Assembly (NCBI GenBank): GCA_002441245.1 | Contig: DJVP01000008.1 | Coordinates: 106,540 to 170,539 of the forward strand | Reading direction: 5' to 3' | DNA length: 64,000 bases | Source: Candidatus Omnitrophica bacterium UBA6253 | GTDB lineage: Bacteria; Omnitrophota; Gorgyraeia; Gygaellales; Profunditerraquicolaceae | Part shown: piece after piece, positions 38,462 to 47,393 of the stretch | How the letters are laid out: each line of letters begins with the position of its first letter | How positions within the stretch are numbered: the stretch's first letter is position 1 | The notes under the pieces: generated by a model | What the model saw: the letters and a program-made list of their open reading frames with translations, nothing else | What the model was told of the DNA's origin: nothing | Database searches by the model: none | Position numbers and translations under genes: made by a program

Positions 38462-39514
38462 GTGACCATGGATATAGAAAAGCGCAATGTGTGGCAGGTT
38501 GGGACTGGCAGTCATGAACGTTCTTATGGGGATATCTTCTTAAAATATGATGTAATGGCAGTAGGGCCGGGAGATAGGGGGCTTTATAATGAGAAAGTAT
38601 ATTCTCATTATGGTGATATTAAGAACAGTATTAGGCGTTTTTATCAAAATGCCAAGAAGGGCGATTTAGTAGTTTTACGGCTAGGCACCGGTCAGGTGCT
38701 TGCACTTGGCGAGATAGCAGATGACGGTCCTGTTATAAATGAAGAATTTGGTGACATTGACGATTATCACTTACAGCATGTCCGCAGAGTAAGGTGGTTT
38801 CCCTGTACGGCGAAAGGTTTTCCTGTAAGAACGCTTGGCGGTCAGGTAAGGACTTTTGCAGGAGTTAATACTTCTAGCGTACTTCGTTGGATAGAAAGGG
38901 TGAGGGTTTCTCCCAAGGCACTACATAGGAAATTAAGGCATCTTCCTAAACCATCAGTTAGTCTGTCGTCTCAGGAGTTAAAAAGAGAACTTATTGCCGC
39001 TGGTTTGACTGTGGAGCTAACTAATAAGGTGGTTGCTAGACTCAATTCTTTGCGAATGATAGCGCAATGGTATCAAGATGAAGAAAAGAGGCTCGGGAAA
39101 CGGCCTTCCGAACATGAAACGATTGCTTACATGGTTATTCCATTCCTCCAGTCATTAGGCTGGGCGCGCGAGAATGCTGCTATTGAATGGAACGGGATTG
39201 ATATTGCCCTTTTTGATCGACTGCCGTCCAAGGATGCGTTTCTTCGTTATATAGTGGAAGCAAAGGTTTTTAGGAGCTCAGTCTTTAAGCCATTTGAACA
39301 GGCTGCTGATTATGCGCGAGTAAAAGGGCGTGAGCATTGCAAGAGATTGATTGTCACAGATGGCATACGCTACACATATTTTAAAAAACAGAGTGGCGGG
39401 TTTAGCCCCCAGGTTAGGCCTCAAGCTTATTTGAATATTCTGCACATGAGAAAACATTATCCTCTATATGGTTGTGGCGGAGCCGTGGAAGCGATTATAG
39501 GGATGGTTAAATAG
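38462..39514 (+). CDS. hypothetical protein with C-terminal PD-(D/E)xK nuclease-like motif
   Basis: C-terminal half has IDIALFD…YIVEAKVF (D…ExK). The N-terminal ~170 aa is unassigned. No nucleotidyltransferase GS…DxD motif was found. Confidence 0.6.
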   Translation: MTMDIEKRNVWQVGTGSHERSYGDIFLKYDVMAVGPGDRGLYNEKVYSHYGDIKNSIRRFYQNAKKGDLVVLRLGTGQVLALGEIADDGPVINEEFGDIDDYHLQHVRRVRWFPCTAKGFPVRTLGGQVRTFAGVNTSSVLRWIERVRVSPKALHRKLRHLPKPSVSLSSQELKRELIAAGLTVELTNKVVARLNSLRMIAQWYQDEEKRLGKRPSEHETIAYMVIPFLQSLGWARENAAIEWNGIDIALFDRLPSKDAFLRYIVEAKVFRSSVFKPFEQAADYARVKGREHCKRLIVTDGIRYTYFKKQSGGFSPQVRPQAYLNILHMRKHYPLYGCGGAVEAIIGMVK

Positions 39515-39525
39515 GTATAATTAGA

Positions 39526-39553
39526 TTGACAAGGTATCGTTTAGCGCTACAAT
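39526..39553 (+). promoter_or_regulatory. near-consensus promoter TTGACA-16-TACAAT upstream of MBL/E2-E1-JAB/patatin operon
   Basis: Seen directly. Confidence 0.5.
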
Positions 39554-39622
39554 TATTACAGTGCTAAATTTTGGTAAGTGGTGCAGTTTGAAGGGGGAAC
39601 CTCCACTTTAAAATAAGAAAAA

Positions 39623-39661
39623 CCTTCGTTTGCTTAATAAGCGGACGGAGGTTTTTTGTTT
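39623..39661 (+). terminator. intrinsic terminator-like hairpin inside the operon leader (possible attenuator)
   Basis: 11-bp stem ccuucguuugc/gcggacggagg (with G-U pairs), loop uuaauaa, then UUUUUUGUUU. It sits between the promoter and the ATG at 39691. Confidence 0.45.
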
Positions 39662-39690
39662 ATCGGACTTAACTGAAAAAGGAGATTAAT

Positions 39691-40797
39691 ATGCATAAAC
39701 TAACATTTTACCCCTTAGGGAATGCGGATTGTTGTTTAATTGATCTAGAGAACAAAAAGAAGATTTTGTTTGATTATGCGAATTGTAAGAATCCAGATGA
39801 TGATGAGGATAAGCGGGTAGATCTAGTTTCTGCTCTTAAATCTGATCTCGAGAAAGATAAAAGAGATTATTATGATGTTGTTGCTTTCACCCATGCGGAT
39901 GATGACCATATAGGAAAGTTTTCGGAATTTTTCTATCTTCAGCATGCTGAAAAATATCAAGAAAAAGGAAGAATTAAGATTAATGATTTATGGGTGCCAG
40001 CGGCCTTGATAATTGAAGAGGGGTTGGAGGGTGAAGCTGCGATACTAAGGGCGGAGGCTAGATATAGGTTAAAAGAAGGAAAAAATATCATGGTATTTTC
40101 ACGACCAGATCGTCTTAAGGATTGGCTTGAGAAGGAAGGGATAAAACCCGAAGAAAGAGAAAGTCTTATTACAGATGCAGGACGACTTGTTCCAGGTTTT
40201 GATAAATTGACAGAAGGAGTAGAGTTCTTTGTACATTCTCCTTTTGCTGTCCGACAGGAAGATAAGCTGATCGATCGCAATGAAGCCTCTTTAATAATGC
40301 AGGCAGTTTTCAGCTATGACAATGTCGATACCAGGCTTTTTCTAAGCAATGATGGTACTTATGAAATTCTGTCTGATATTGTTAACATAACTAGGGGGCA
40401 CAAAAGGGCTGATAGATTGGGATGGGATATTATGAAGATACCCCATCATTGTAGTTATTTATCCTTAAGTGATGAAAAAGGTAAAGAAATAACTGAACCT
40501 GTAGAAGAAGTTAAATTTTTATTTGATCAGGGAGGAGAGAAGGGGTTGCTTGTTTCTACTAGTGATATTATTCCCGATACAGATGAAGAGCAGCCACCAC
40601 ATAAACAGGCAGCTAGTTATTATAAGAAAAGGGCTGATGAAATTAAAGGAGAATTTGTTGTTACTATGGAACATCCTAACAAGGTAAACCCCCAACCTAT
40701 TGTTATCAACGTAGACAGTTATGGCGCTACCTTAAGAAAATCAATTGCTGTTGGTGGTTTTGATGTTATCAATCGATCTGCTCATCGCGCAGGTTAA
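39691..40797 (+). CDS. ComEC-type metallo-beta-lactamase-fold hydrolase (putative nuclease)
   Basis: GNADCCLIDL followed by THADDDHIG (HxDxDH variant, as in the ComEC C-terminal MBL domain). The C-terminus ends …SAHRAG. Confidence 0.65.
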   Translation: MHKLTFYPLGNADCCLIDLENKKKILFDYANCKNPDDDEDKRVDLVSALKSDLEKDKRDYYDVVAFTHADDDHIGKFSEFFYLQHAEKYQEKGRIKINDLWVPAALIIEEGLEGEAAILRAEARYRLKEGKNIMVFSRPDRLKDWLEKEGIKPEERESLITDAGRLVPGFDKLTEGVEFFVHSPFAVRQEDKLIDRNEASLIMQAVFSYDNVDTRLFLSNDGTYEILSDIVNITRGHKRADRLGWDIMKIPHHCSYLSLSDEKGKEITEPVEEVKFLFDQGGEKGLLVSTSDIIPDTDEEQPPHKQAASYYKKRADEIKGEFVVTMEHPNKVNPQPIVINVDSYGATLRKSIAVGGFDVINRSAHRAG

Positions 40798-40809
40798 TTT
40801 ATTAAGATT

Positions 40810-43038
40810 ATGGATTTTCCTCTACCATCGAAGATAGTTAACGCAAACGATCTTGTTATTCCTAGGGCGCGCGATATTGCTTTTTCCATGCAATCTGGAG
40901 TTTTGGCTTATGTTAAACTTCTAGAATGTCGTTCTCTTAACGCAGGATTTGAGAGCATTATTTTTGATGTAGAAGTTGAGCTCGGACAAAAGAATAACGT
41001 ATATGCAATCGAAAAAATAGAAAAAATAGCTATAATCTTTGATCCAAGGGATAGCTCTGTTCCGCTGGTTATTTCTTTGCGCAATAATTTTCCTAAAGCG
41101 CCGCATACAACTCTCGGAGATGAACATTTTCCTGCCAGCCTATGTCTTTATGACCAGCCTTTTAGCGAAATTAAGATTTATCTTACTCCTACAAGGCTAA
41201 TAGAGCGAATTCGTCAATGGCTTGCCGATACAGCAAGAGGAAAGCTGCACGGAGAAGATCAGCCTCTCGAACCCCTGTTTCTTGAAGCAAATAAACAGCT
41301 TATTATTCCATTTGATCTATTTGATTGTTTTAATCCCGATAATCCTCCCAAATTAGAAGTTTATATAACAGAGTTTAACAAGACGCATACTTTTATCGCT
41401 GAGAAAGAGGGAAATGGTTCAGTCAGAAAAAAGGCTAATTTTACCGCGGTTATCTTTCAATGTTCTCCTCAAGTTCATGGCGCTATTTCAAATATACCTA
41501 GAAACCTATACTCACTTCATCAATATACTTCTTCTCTGGGGTTTGATTTATTAAAGAAACTTAGGTCTATTTTACAGAAGTGGCATATTGAAAAGAAACT
41601 TTCTAGTATTCAGACTAATTATCTTATGTTGATAATCGCTTTCCCTAAAACAAGAAGTAAAGGAAAAGCGATAGAAGCTACAGATGTATGGGGATTTTTA
41701 TTGGAAGCGGATATTAAGGGCATCGGTATCGAATTGGGTTTATGGGAAGACCTCAATGGTGTTTTAGGAATGCTTTTCCCTGTTGATGAAAATAAAAAAG
41801 GAGAAGCAATTCTTCTGGACATGTGTCGTACTATGTATTCTTTTTCTCGAGAAATGGCCGCCGGACAAAATGGCCTGACAATAATTAACAAAAACAAAAT
41901 TTGCTTAATTGGCGTTGGTTCTCTTGGATCTCAAGTTTTTCTAAATTTAATAAGAGCAGGATTTGGGGAGTGGACATTAATTGATAATGATTTATTTTTA
42001 CCACACAATCTTGCTCGACACATCCTTGATAGGAATGCTATAGGATATGCAAAGGCACAATACTTAGAATGGATAGCAAACAATATGATCGATGGGGAAC
42101 CTATAGCGAGGGCCATCCTGAAGGATGTTCTAAAGACAGATGATTACGCGGATGATTTAAAAATAGCGCTATCTCAGGCAGATGTTATTCTTGATTGTTC
42201 TGCGTCATCCGCTGTTGCTAGGCTTATTGCTCGTGATTTGTCTTCGACAGCCCGAAGGATGTCGTTATTCTTTACTCCATTAGGGAACGATTCTGTATTA
42301 TTGGCAGAGGATTCTAAACGTGAAATTACTTTAGATCATGTCGAAATGCAATATTATAGACTTCTTGTTTATGAAAAAGATTTAGAGGGACATTTATCCG
42401 TGCCTGGTATTCAACTGCGGTACGGGAATTCGTGCCGTGATATTAATACCTCTTTGTCTCAGGAACTTGCTGCTTTACATTCCGCGATAGGGGCTAGAGC
42501 TTTTAGGAATATTTTCTTAGAAACAAGTGCAAAAATCTTAATTTGGAGGACAAATCCAGCTGACTTAAGTGTTAAAGCATTAGCTTTTTCTCCAGGGAAA
42601 CTATCTGAAATCAAGACTTTAAATTGGACTATTTGTGTTGATCCGTGGGTAGTCGAGAAGATTCTTGCTGCTAGAATTTCTAAGCTTCCCAATGAAACCG
42701 GAGGAATATTAGTCGGTTCATTTGATTTACAAAGAAGAGTTGCATATATTCTTGACACGGTATTATCTCCTCCAGATAGTAAAGAATGGCCTACTGTATA
42801 TATCCGCGGATGTCAAGGGTTAGCTAATAGGATGAAAGAAATAGGTGATATAACTATGGGAAGATTAGAATATATGGGTGAGTGGCATGCCCATACTGGA
42901 TCATGCTGTTCCCCTAGTGAAGAGGACAAGCTCGCTTTTTCATGGCTTTCAAATTGGCGTCTACTTGATGGGCTTCCTGCTGTAATGTTAATTGCTGCTG
43001 AAGGCAAATATGCTATTTACATCGAAGCTATGAACTAG
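40810..43038 (+). CDS. E2-like / E1 (ThiF) / JAB(JAMM) triple-domain ubiquitin-like conjugation enzyme (Cap2+Cap3-like fusion)
   Basis: Central ThiF Rossmann motif LIGVGSLGSQVFLNLIRAGFGEWTLIDND…NLARH. C-terminal JAMM motif E…GEWHAHTGSCCSPSEED (HxH-x7-S-x2-D), preceded by ETGGILVGS. The N-terminal ~300 aa has candidate E2 Cys in HFPASLCLYD. Confidence 0.75.
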   Translation: MDFPLPSKIVNANDLVIPRARDIAFSMQSGVLAYVKLLECRSLNAGFESIIFDVEVELGQKNNVYAIEKIEKIAIIFDPRDSSVPLVISLRNNFPKAPHTTLGDEHFPASLCLYDQPFSEIKIYLTPTRLIERIRQWLADTARGKLHGEDQPLEPLFLEANKQLIIPFDLFDCFNPDNPPKLEVYITEFNKTHTFIAEKEGNGSVRKKANFTAVIFQCSPQVHGAISNIPRNLYSLHQYTSSLGFDLLKKLRSILQKWHIEKKLSSIQTNYLMLIIAFPKTRSKGKAIEATDVWGFLLEADIKGIGIELGLWEDLNGVLGMLFPVDENKKGEAILLDMCRTMYSFSREMAAGQNGLTIINKNKICLIGVGSLGSQVFLNLIRAGFGEWTLIDNDLFLPHNLARHILDRNAIGYAKAQYLEWIANNMIDGEPIARAILKDVLKTDDYADDLKIALSQADVILDCSASSAVARLIARDLSSTARRMSLFFTPLGNDSVLLAEDSKREITLDHVEMQYYRLLVYEKDLEGHLSVPGIQLRYGNSCRDINTSLSQELAALHSAIGARAFRNIFLETSAKILIWRTNPADLSVKALAFSPGKLSEIKTLNWTICVDPWVVEKILAARISKLPNETGGILVGSFDLQRRVAYILDTVLSPPDSKEWPTVYIRGCQGLANRMKEIGDITMGRLEYMGEWHAHTGSCCSPSEEDKLAFSWLSNWRLLDGLPAVMLIAAEGKYAIYIEAMN

Positions 43039-43065
43039 CAAAGAAAAGTTGCAATAGGCGGAATA

Positions 43066-44097
43066 ATGGGAGACCAAATGAACAAAAGAGGAATTGGTTT
43101 AGCTCTCTCTGGTGGAGGGAGTAGAGCGATAGCTTTTCATTATGGGGTTTTGGAAGCTATGCATGAACTCGGAATTGACCAGAAAATAGATGTAGTTTCT
43201 GCCATATCAGGTGGAGCTGTTATTGGCGCATTATGGAATTTGTACTCTAAAGACTGGTCATGTTTTTCATCAAAGATAGAACTAATTCTCAGGGATGGGC
43301 TAGAAACCTCAATATTAAGCAGATTAATACATCCAAAATTAATTTTTGCAACGATATGTCAGTTGGGGGTTGATTGTGATATTATGGCAGATGTTTTGGA
43401 CAAAAAGGTGTTAGATTATATTAAACTTAATGAGATTCCAGAAAAGCCGTTATTGATTTTAAATGCCACCGAACTAAAAACCGGAACTAATTTCAAATTT
43501 TCCAAGACTATTTGTGGTTCATATAGATCATCAGGTTGTGTATCTGGTTTACGTTTAAGCCAAGCGGTAGCTTGTTCAGCAGCTTATCCGTTAGTATTTG
43601 CTGTAAAAAAACTTATTTTAGATTCCGCTGATGATGTTTATTTGACGGATGGTGGAGCTTATGATTGTATTGGAGCTAATGCTTTAATGCCAGATAAAGG
43701 CGAAACGTCTATTCTAGTGCAAAATTGTGAGACGATTATTATTAGCGATGCTTCATTCCCATACATTGAGAATCGGCCAAGATTAACTAGGAGTATTGTA
43801 GATGGACTTTTAGCTTCTTATGGGGCATCATCAAACAGAAACAGAGCACTTATCTATAATAAACTTTATATGCTAAATAAAAGTGGCGAAATTCCCTTTC
43901 TGGGGACCATAAAAATGGATAGCAAACATCCTGATTTAACTACTGGCTGGAATAAGAAAGAGTTAGAATTGATAAATAACTATAAGACTAATTTTAAACC
44001 GGTTACCGGTAATGCATTGGTAAGTTTAAAAAATCGCGGTAAGGAATCGGCAAAAATCATTATTACTAAGTATCTCAGCCATCTTTTAAATAATTAG
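43066..44097 (+). CDS. patatin-like phospholipase (CapE-like effector)
   Basis: Oxyanion motif LSGGGSRAIAF, nucleophile region SAISGGA and DGG catalytic Asp motif LTDGGAYD. Confidence 0.75.
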   Translation: MGDQMNKRGIGLALSGGGSRAIAFHYGVLEAMHELGIDQKIDVVSAISGGAVIGALWNLYSKDWSCFSSKIELILRDGLETSILSRLIHPKLIFATICQLGVDCDIMADVLDKKVLDYIKLNEIPEKPLLILNATELKTGTNFKFSKTICGSYRSSGCVSGLRLSQAVACSAAYPLVFAVKKLILDSADDVYLTDGGAYDCIGANALMPDKGETSILVQNCETIIISDASFPYIENRPRLTRSIVDGLLASYGASSNRNRALIYNKLYMLNKSGEIPFLGTIKMDSKHPDLTTGWNKKELELINNYKTNFKPVTGNALVSLKNRGKESAKIIITKYLSHLLNN

Positions 44098-44106
44098 GAG
44101 GCAGAC

Positions 44107-45054
44107 ATGTCGTTTATTAAAATACATATGCTTGATGTTGGGAAAGCAGATTCTATTATTGTCGAGTTAGCTGATGCTTTTGGAAATACTACTACTTTAT
44201 TAATTGATGGTGGAAAAAAGGAAAATTCCAAAAAAATTATCAGCTATTTTAATGAAATGAAGAAATTTCCCGAATGCATTATTTGTACTCACTTAGATCG
44301 GGATCACGTTGGTGGTTTATCTTCTATTGTAGAAGAATTTAAAGAAAAGATTAGATGTATTTGGACTCATGTTCCGGCAAGACACAACAAAACTCTTAAA
44401 AGTGCTCTTTATGAAAAGATCAAGGTAGACGGAAGATCGAGAATCATTTTTTCTTCTATTGAAGATCTCGAAGGTTTTGTGAATATCGCTGAAAAATATG
44501 GAATTCCTATTTTTGAACCGTTTTCGGATTATTCCGATGAAAAAATTAAGAAATTTTGTTCGGTTTTTGGAATTAGGATATTAAGCCCTTCGCGAGAGTT
44601 TTATAATGGTCTTTTAGAAAAGATGAAAGAAGATTTTGGAATTATTAGCAGTAGGTCAATCAGAGACGCTATTGAATATGTGTCTGCGGCAACTTCTGAC
44701 CCATGTTCTGTAATTGGCATAGATGGTGCTGATACTCCTGAAAATGAATCTTCTGTAGTTTTTGAAATTAACATTTTTGCTAAGAAATTTTTGTTTACTG
44801 GAGACGCTGGAATTTTAGCTTTTGATAAGATTCGACACGATCTTAAAGAAGTATACTGGTTAAAAGTCCCACATCATGGAAGCATAAAGAACCTAGACGG
44901 GGATTTGGTAGAAAGATTGAGACCCAAAGTTGCATTTATTTCTGCCGATGGGTCTTCTCATCATCCAGATAGTTCACTTTTAGCTTGCCTTGAAAAACAT
45001 CAAGTTAAGGTCAGAAGTACTAATTCTGAAGGCAATATAACAATAGAAGTATAA
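44107..45054 (+). CDS. second ComEC-type metallo-beta-lactamase-fold hydrolase
   Basis: VGKADSIIVEL followed by THLDRDHVGG (HxDxDH); later PHHGS motif. A paralog of the 39691 gene. Confidence 0.65.
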   Translation: MSFIKIHMLDVGKADSIIVELADAFGNTTTLLIDGGKKENSKKIISYFNEMKKFPECIICTHLDRDHVGGLSSIVEEFKEKIRCIWTHVPARHNKTLKSALYEKIKVDGRSRIIFSSIEDLEGFVNIAEKYGIPIFEPFSDYSDEKIKKFCSVFGIRILSPSREFYNGLLEKMKEDFGIISSRSIRDAIEYVSAATSDPCSVIGIDGADTPENESSVVFEINIFAKKFLFTGDAGILAFDKIRHDLKEVYWLKVPHHGSIKNLDGDLVERLRPKVAFISADGSSHHPDSSLLACLEKHQVKVRSTNSEGNITIEV

Positions 45055-45163
45055 TAGATTTGAAATATAGCTATCTAGAAGAAAGTCATGTGGACTTTTT
45101 CTCCACAAGACAAATGAAATAAAGATTCTTCGTTTATTTTTATTTAAAACGAAAGGAATTACG

Positions 45164-45703
45164 GTGCCTCCAAATAAGCGTTTAAATAGACATATGTTTC
45201 TTCTTAAACTGGCTAAAGAGTATATAAAGGAATCAATAGATAATTTTGAAGATAAAAAGAACATAACTCCTATGCCAGAAGATTATCATAAGTTGCATTA
45301 CAGCATTGATTATCATATATTTACATTTAGCCAGCTTATGTATTGTATCTTTGAAAGATTAGAGAGTGACTATCCTGGCGATAAGAAAGAAATAGAGAAG
45401 TTTTTTAAGAAAAAAGGTAGCGCCATTTATGGCACAATTATAATCGCCAATAATATTAAGCATGGTGAACTTGATTTAGCTCCAATAGAGGCAATAACAG
45501 TTCAAGTAGATAGATATGACAAGCCCATCAAAGTAACTAGACATAAGGCAGACCGTATTCTCACCGTTAATGATAAAAATAATACAAAGTTAGAGCTTTC
45601 TTTAGAAAATAAAGAATTAAAAGGCGCAAAAATAAGTAAAATATTCGAAAAATCGTATGAAGAACTGATAAATTTTTTGGATCTTAAGAAGTATGATTAT
45701 TAG
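45164..45703 (+). CDS. hypothetical protein (GTG start)
   Basis: ORF with RBS AAAGGA; no family recognised. Confidence 0.45.
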   Translation: MPPNKRLNRHMFLLKLAKEYIKESIDNFEDKKNITPMPEDYHKLHYSIDYHIFTFSQLMYCIFERLESDYPGDKKEIEKFFKKKGSAIYGTIIIANNIKHGELDLAPIEAITVQVDRYDKPIKVTRHKADRILTVNDKNNTKLELSLENKELKGAKISKIFEKSYEELINFLDLKKYDY

Positions 45704-45712
45704 CTGCTTTCT

Positions 45713-46393
45713 GTGAAATTAATAAAGATGAAGAAATGCCCTTTTTGCGCTGAAGAAATCCAAGAAGAAGCCATTAAGTGTCGCTATTGTGGCGAGTTTT
45801 TAGATCAAAGATCTCTCCAGGAAGCCTCAGTAATTAAGAAAACCGACCGGCAAGTCTTTAATGAAAAGGAAGTAGCTGATTATTTGCGCGTACCAGCAAA
45901 AACAATAAGTGGCTGGGTTAAGCGTAAAGCCATGCCTTTCTCACAGCTTTCAAAGAATAGGATTATCTTTCGTAAAGGGGTTATAGATAAATGGATTTCA
46001 GAGAATAACATAACTGAATATCAAAGGTTTGTTTTTGATAAGAAGACTATAGATGATCTCCTACCAACTGCCTATAAACCTGTTACAGAAGATGAAATGT
46101 TAATGGATTATGTCAGAGAGCTTAGAGAGAAGTATATCCTTAAGCATTGTAAGAGGTATGGCGTAAACGAAGAGGAACATGCAAGGGGCTTAAAAAAGGC
46201 ATTTTCTACTTTATCCACAAGAGCGCCAGATAAGACAAGGATTAAATTCGAGTGGGATTTCAGGAAAAGGAAATATCTTCTTGCAGAAGGCGAGGAAGCG
46301 TATAAGCACTATTTAAAGAAAGATAAAGGATTTGATGGCGCCTTGTTTGAAATGACAGTGCTTATGCAGTATTTATGTGCTTGTTATAAGTGA
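45713..46393 (+). CDS. zinc-ribbon + excisionase/MerR-like HTH DNA-binding protein
   Basis: CPFCAEE…CRYCGEF zinc ribbon, then an HTH_17-like segment KEVADYLRVPAKTISGWVKRKAMPF. Confidence 0.55.
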   Translation: MKLIKMKKCPFCAEEIQEEAIKCRYCGEFLDQRSLQEASVIKKTDRQVFNEKEVADYLRVPAKTISGWVKRKAMPFSQLSKNRIIFRKGVIDKWISENNITEYQRFVFDKKTIDDLLPTAYKPVTEDEMLMDYVRELREKYILKHCKRYGVNEEEHARGLKKAFSTLSTRAPDKTRIKFEWDFRKRKYLLAEGEEAYKHYLKKDKGFDGALFEMTVLMQYLCACYK

Positions 46394-46502
46394 ATAACTA
46401 AAGTATCCATTAGCATTTTAAAGTAACAAATAAACTTTAAATAATTGCCAATATTGTTTCTAAGAGCTATAATTAATCAAACGTATATTCTCAAATCAAA
46501 AT

Positions 46503-47381
46503 ATGCCTAAAAAACGCCAAGCCTTTAAACATAATATCGTTGCGATAATCTATGATTTTGATGGGACTCTAACTGAGAAGCCCATGCAAGAATATACCGT
46601 CCTTCCAAAGATTGGCATACCTGCAAAGAAATTCTGGGATACAGTGAACGAAGAAACAAAAAAGACGAAAGGCGAGCAGATAGTTACTTACATGCGATTG
46701 ATGCTGAAATACGCCGATAATAAAGACATAGCTATCAAGCCTGCAGATTTTCGTAAGCTCGCAAAAAACATAAAATATTATCCTGGAGTAGAAAAATTCT
46801 TTGAAAGGATCAATAAATTTGTTGATTCCTTATCAAACGGTAAGGTTGAATTAAGACATTATATTATTTCTGCAGGATTGAAAGAAATCCTTAACGGTAT
46901 CCCATTTAAAAATAAATTTCATAATATCTTTGCTTCTGAATATCATTATGATAAGTATTACCATGCTGATTTTCCCAAAATTATAGTGAATGATACCCTA
47001 AAAACACAGTTTATTTTTAGAATTAATAAAGGAAGAGAAAAAATGCATGAAAGCATAAATACACATATGTCTCATCTTGATCGCGCCATTCCTTTCCGAA
47101 ATATGTTGTATATTGGAGATGGAGAAAGTGATGTTCCCTGTATGACAGTTATAAAGAAAGAGGGGGGATATGCTATAGCCGTTTGTAAAAAAGGAAGTTC
47201 CAAGGGGATAAATAAGGCAAAAGATTTATTAAAGGCAGAGAGAGTAGATTTTATAACTAGAGCAGATTATAGTAAAAATAGCGAATTAGAAAAAATAGTT
47301 AAGATTATTTTGCGTAATATTGTTGAGGGAATAACATTTAGGAAAGAAATTTTTAAACAATATCTTACTTATATAGCATAA
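46503..47381 (+). CDS. HAD-superfamily hydrolase/phosphatase
   Basis: Motif I IYDFDGTLT and motif IV IGDGESD. Confidence 0.7.
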   Translation: MPKKRQAFKHNIVAIIYDFDGTLTEKPMQEYTVLPKIGIPAKKFWDTVNEETKKTKGEQIVTYMRLMLKYADNKDIAIKPADFRKLAKNIKYYPGVEKFFERINKFVDSLSNGKVELRHYIISAGLKEILNGIPFKNKFHNIFASEYHYDKYYHADFPKIIVNDTLKTQFIFRINKGREKMHESINTHMSHLDRAIPFRNMLYIGDGESDVPCMTVIKKEGGYAIAVCKKGSSKGINKAKDLLKAERVDFITRADYSKNSELEKIVKIILRNIVEGITFRKEIFKQYLTYIA

Positions 47382-47393
47382 GGAGAATTAACT

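Noticed and set aside
38462-45054. Looked for a CD-NTase (cGAS/DncV-like cyclase, GS-x9-13-DhD motif) or a small ubiquitin-like beta-grasp ORF in the defence-like operon
   Set aside because: No ORF shows the pol-beta nucleotidyltransferase motif. The closest, GSHERSYGDIFLKYDVM in the 38462 gene, lacks the second acidic residue. No 60-100 aa ORF with a C-terminal GG was found in the gaps. So I did not call the cluster CBASS or Bil.
45055-45163. Terminator after the second MBL gene (hairpins gtgga-ctttttc-tccac and cttcgttt…aaacgaag)
   Set aside because: Neither hairpin is followed by a U-tract. The second overlaps the RBS region of the 45164 gene, so it was not called a terminator.
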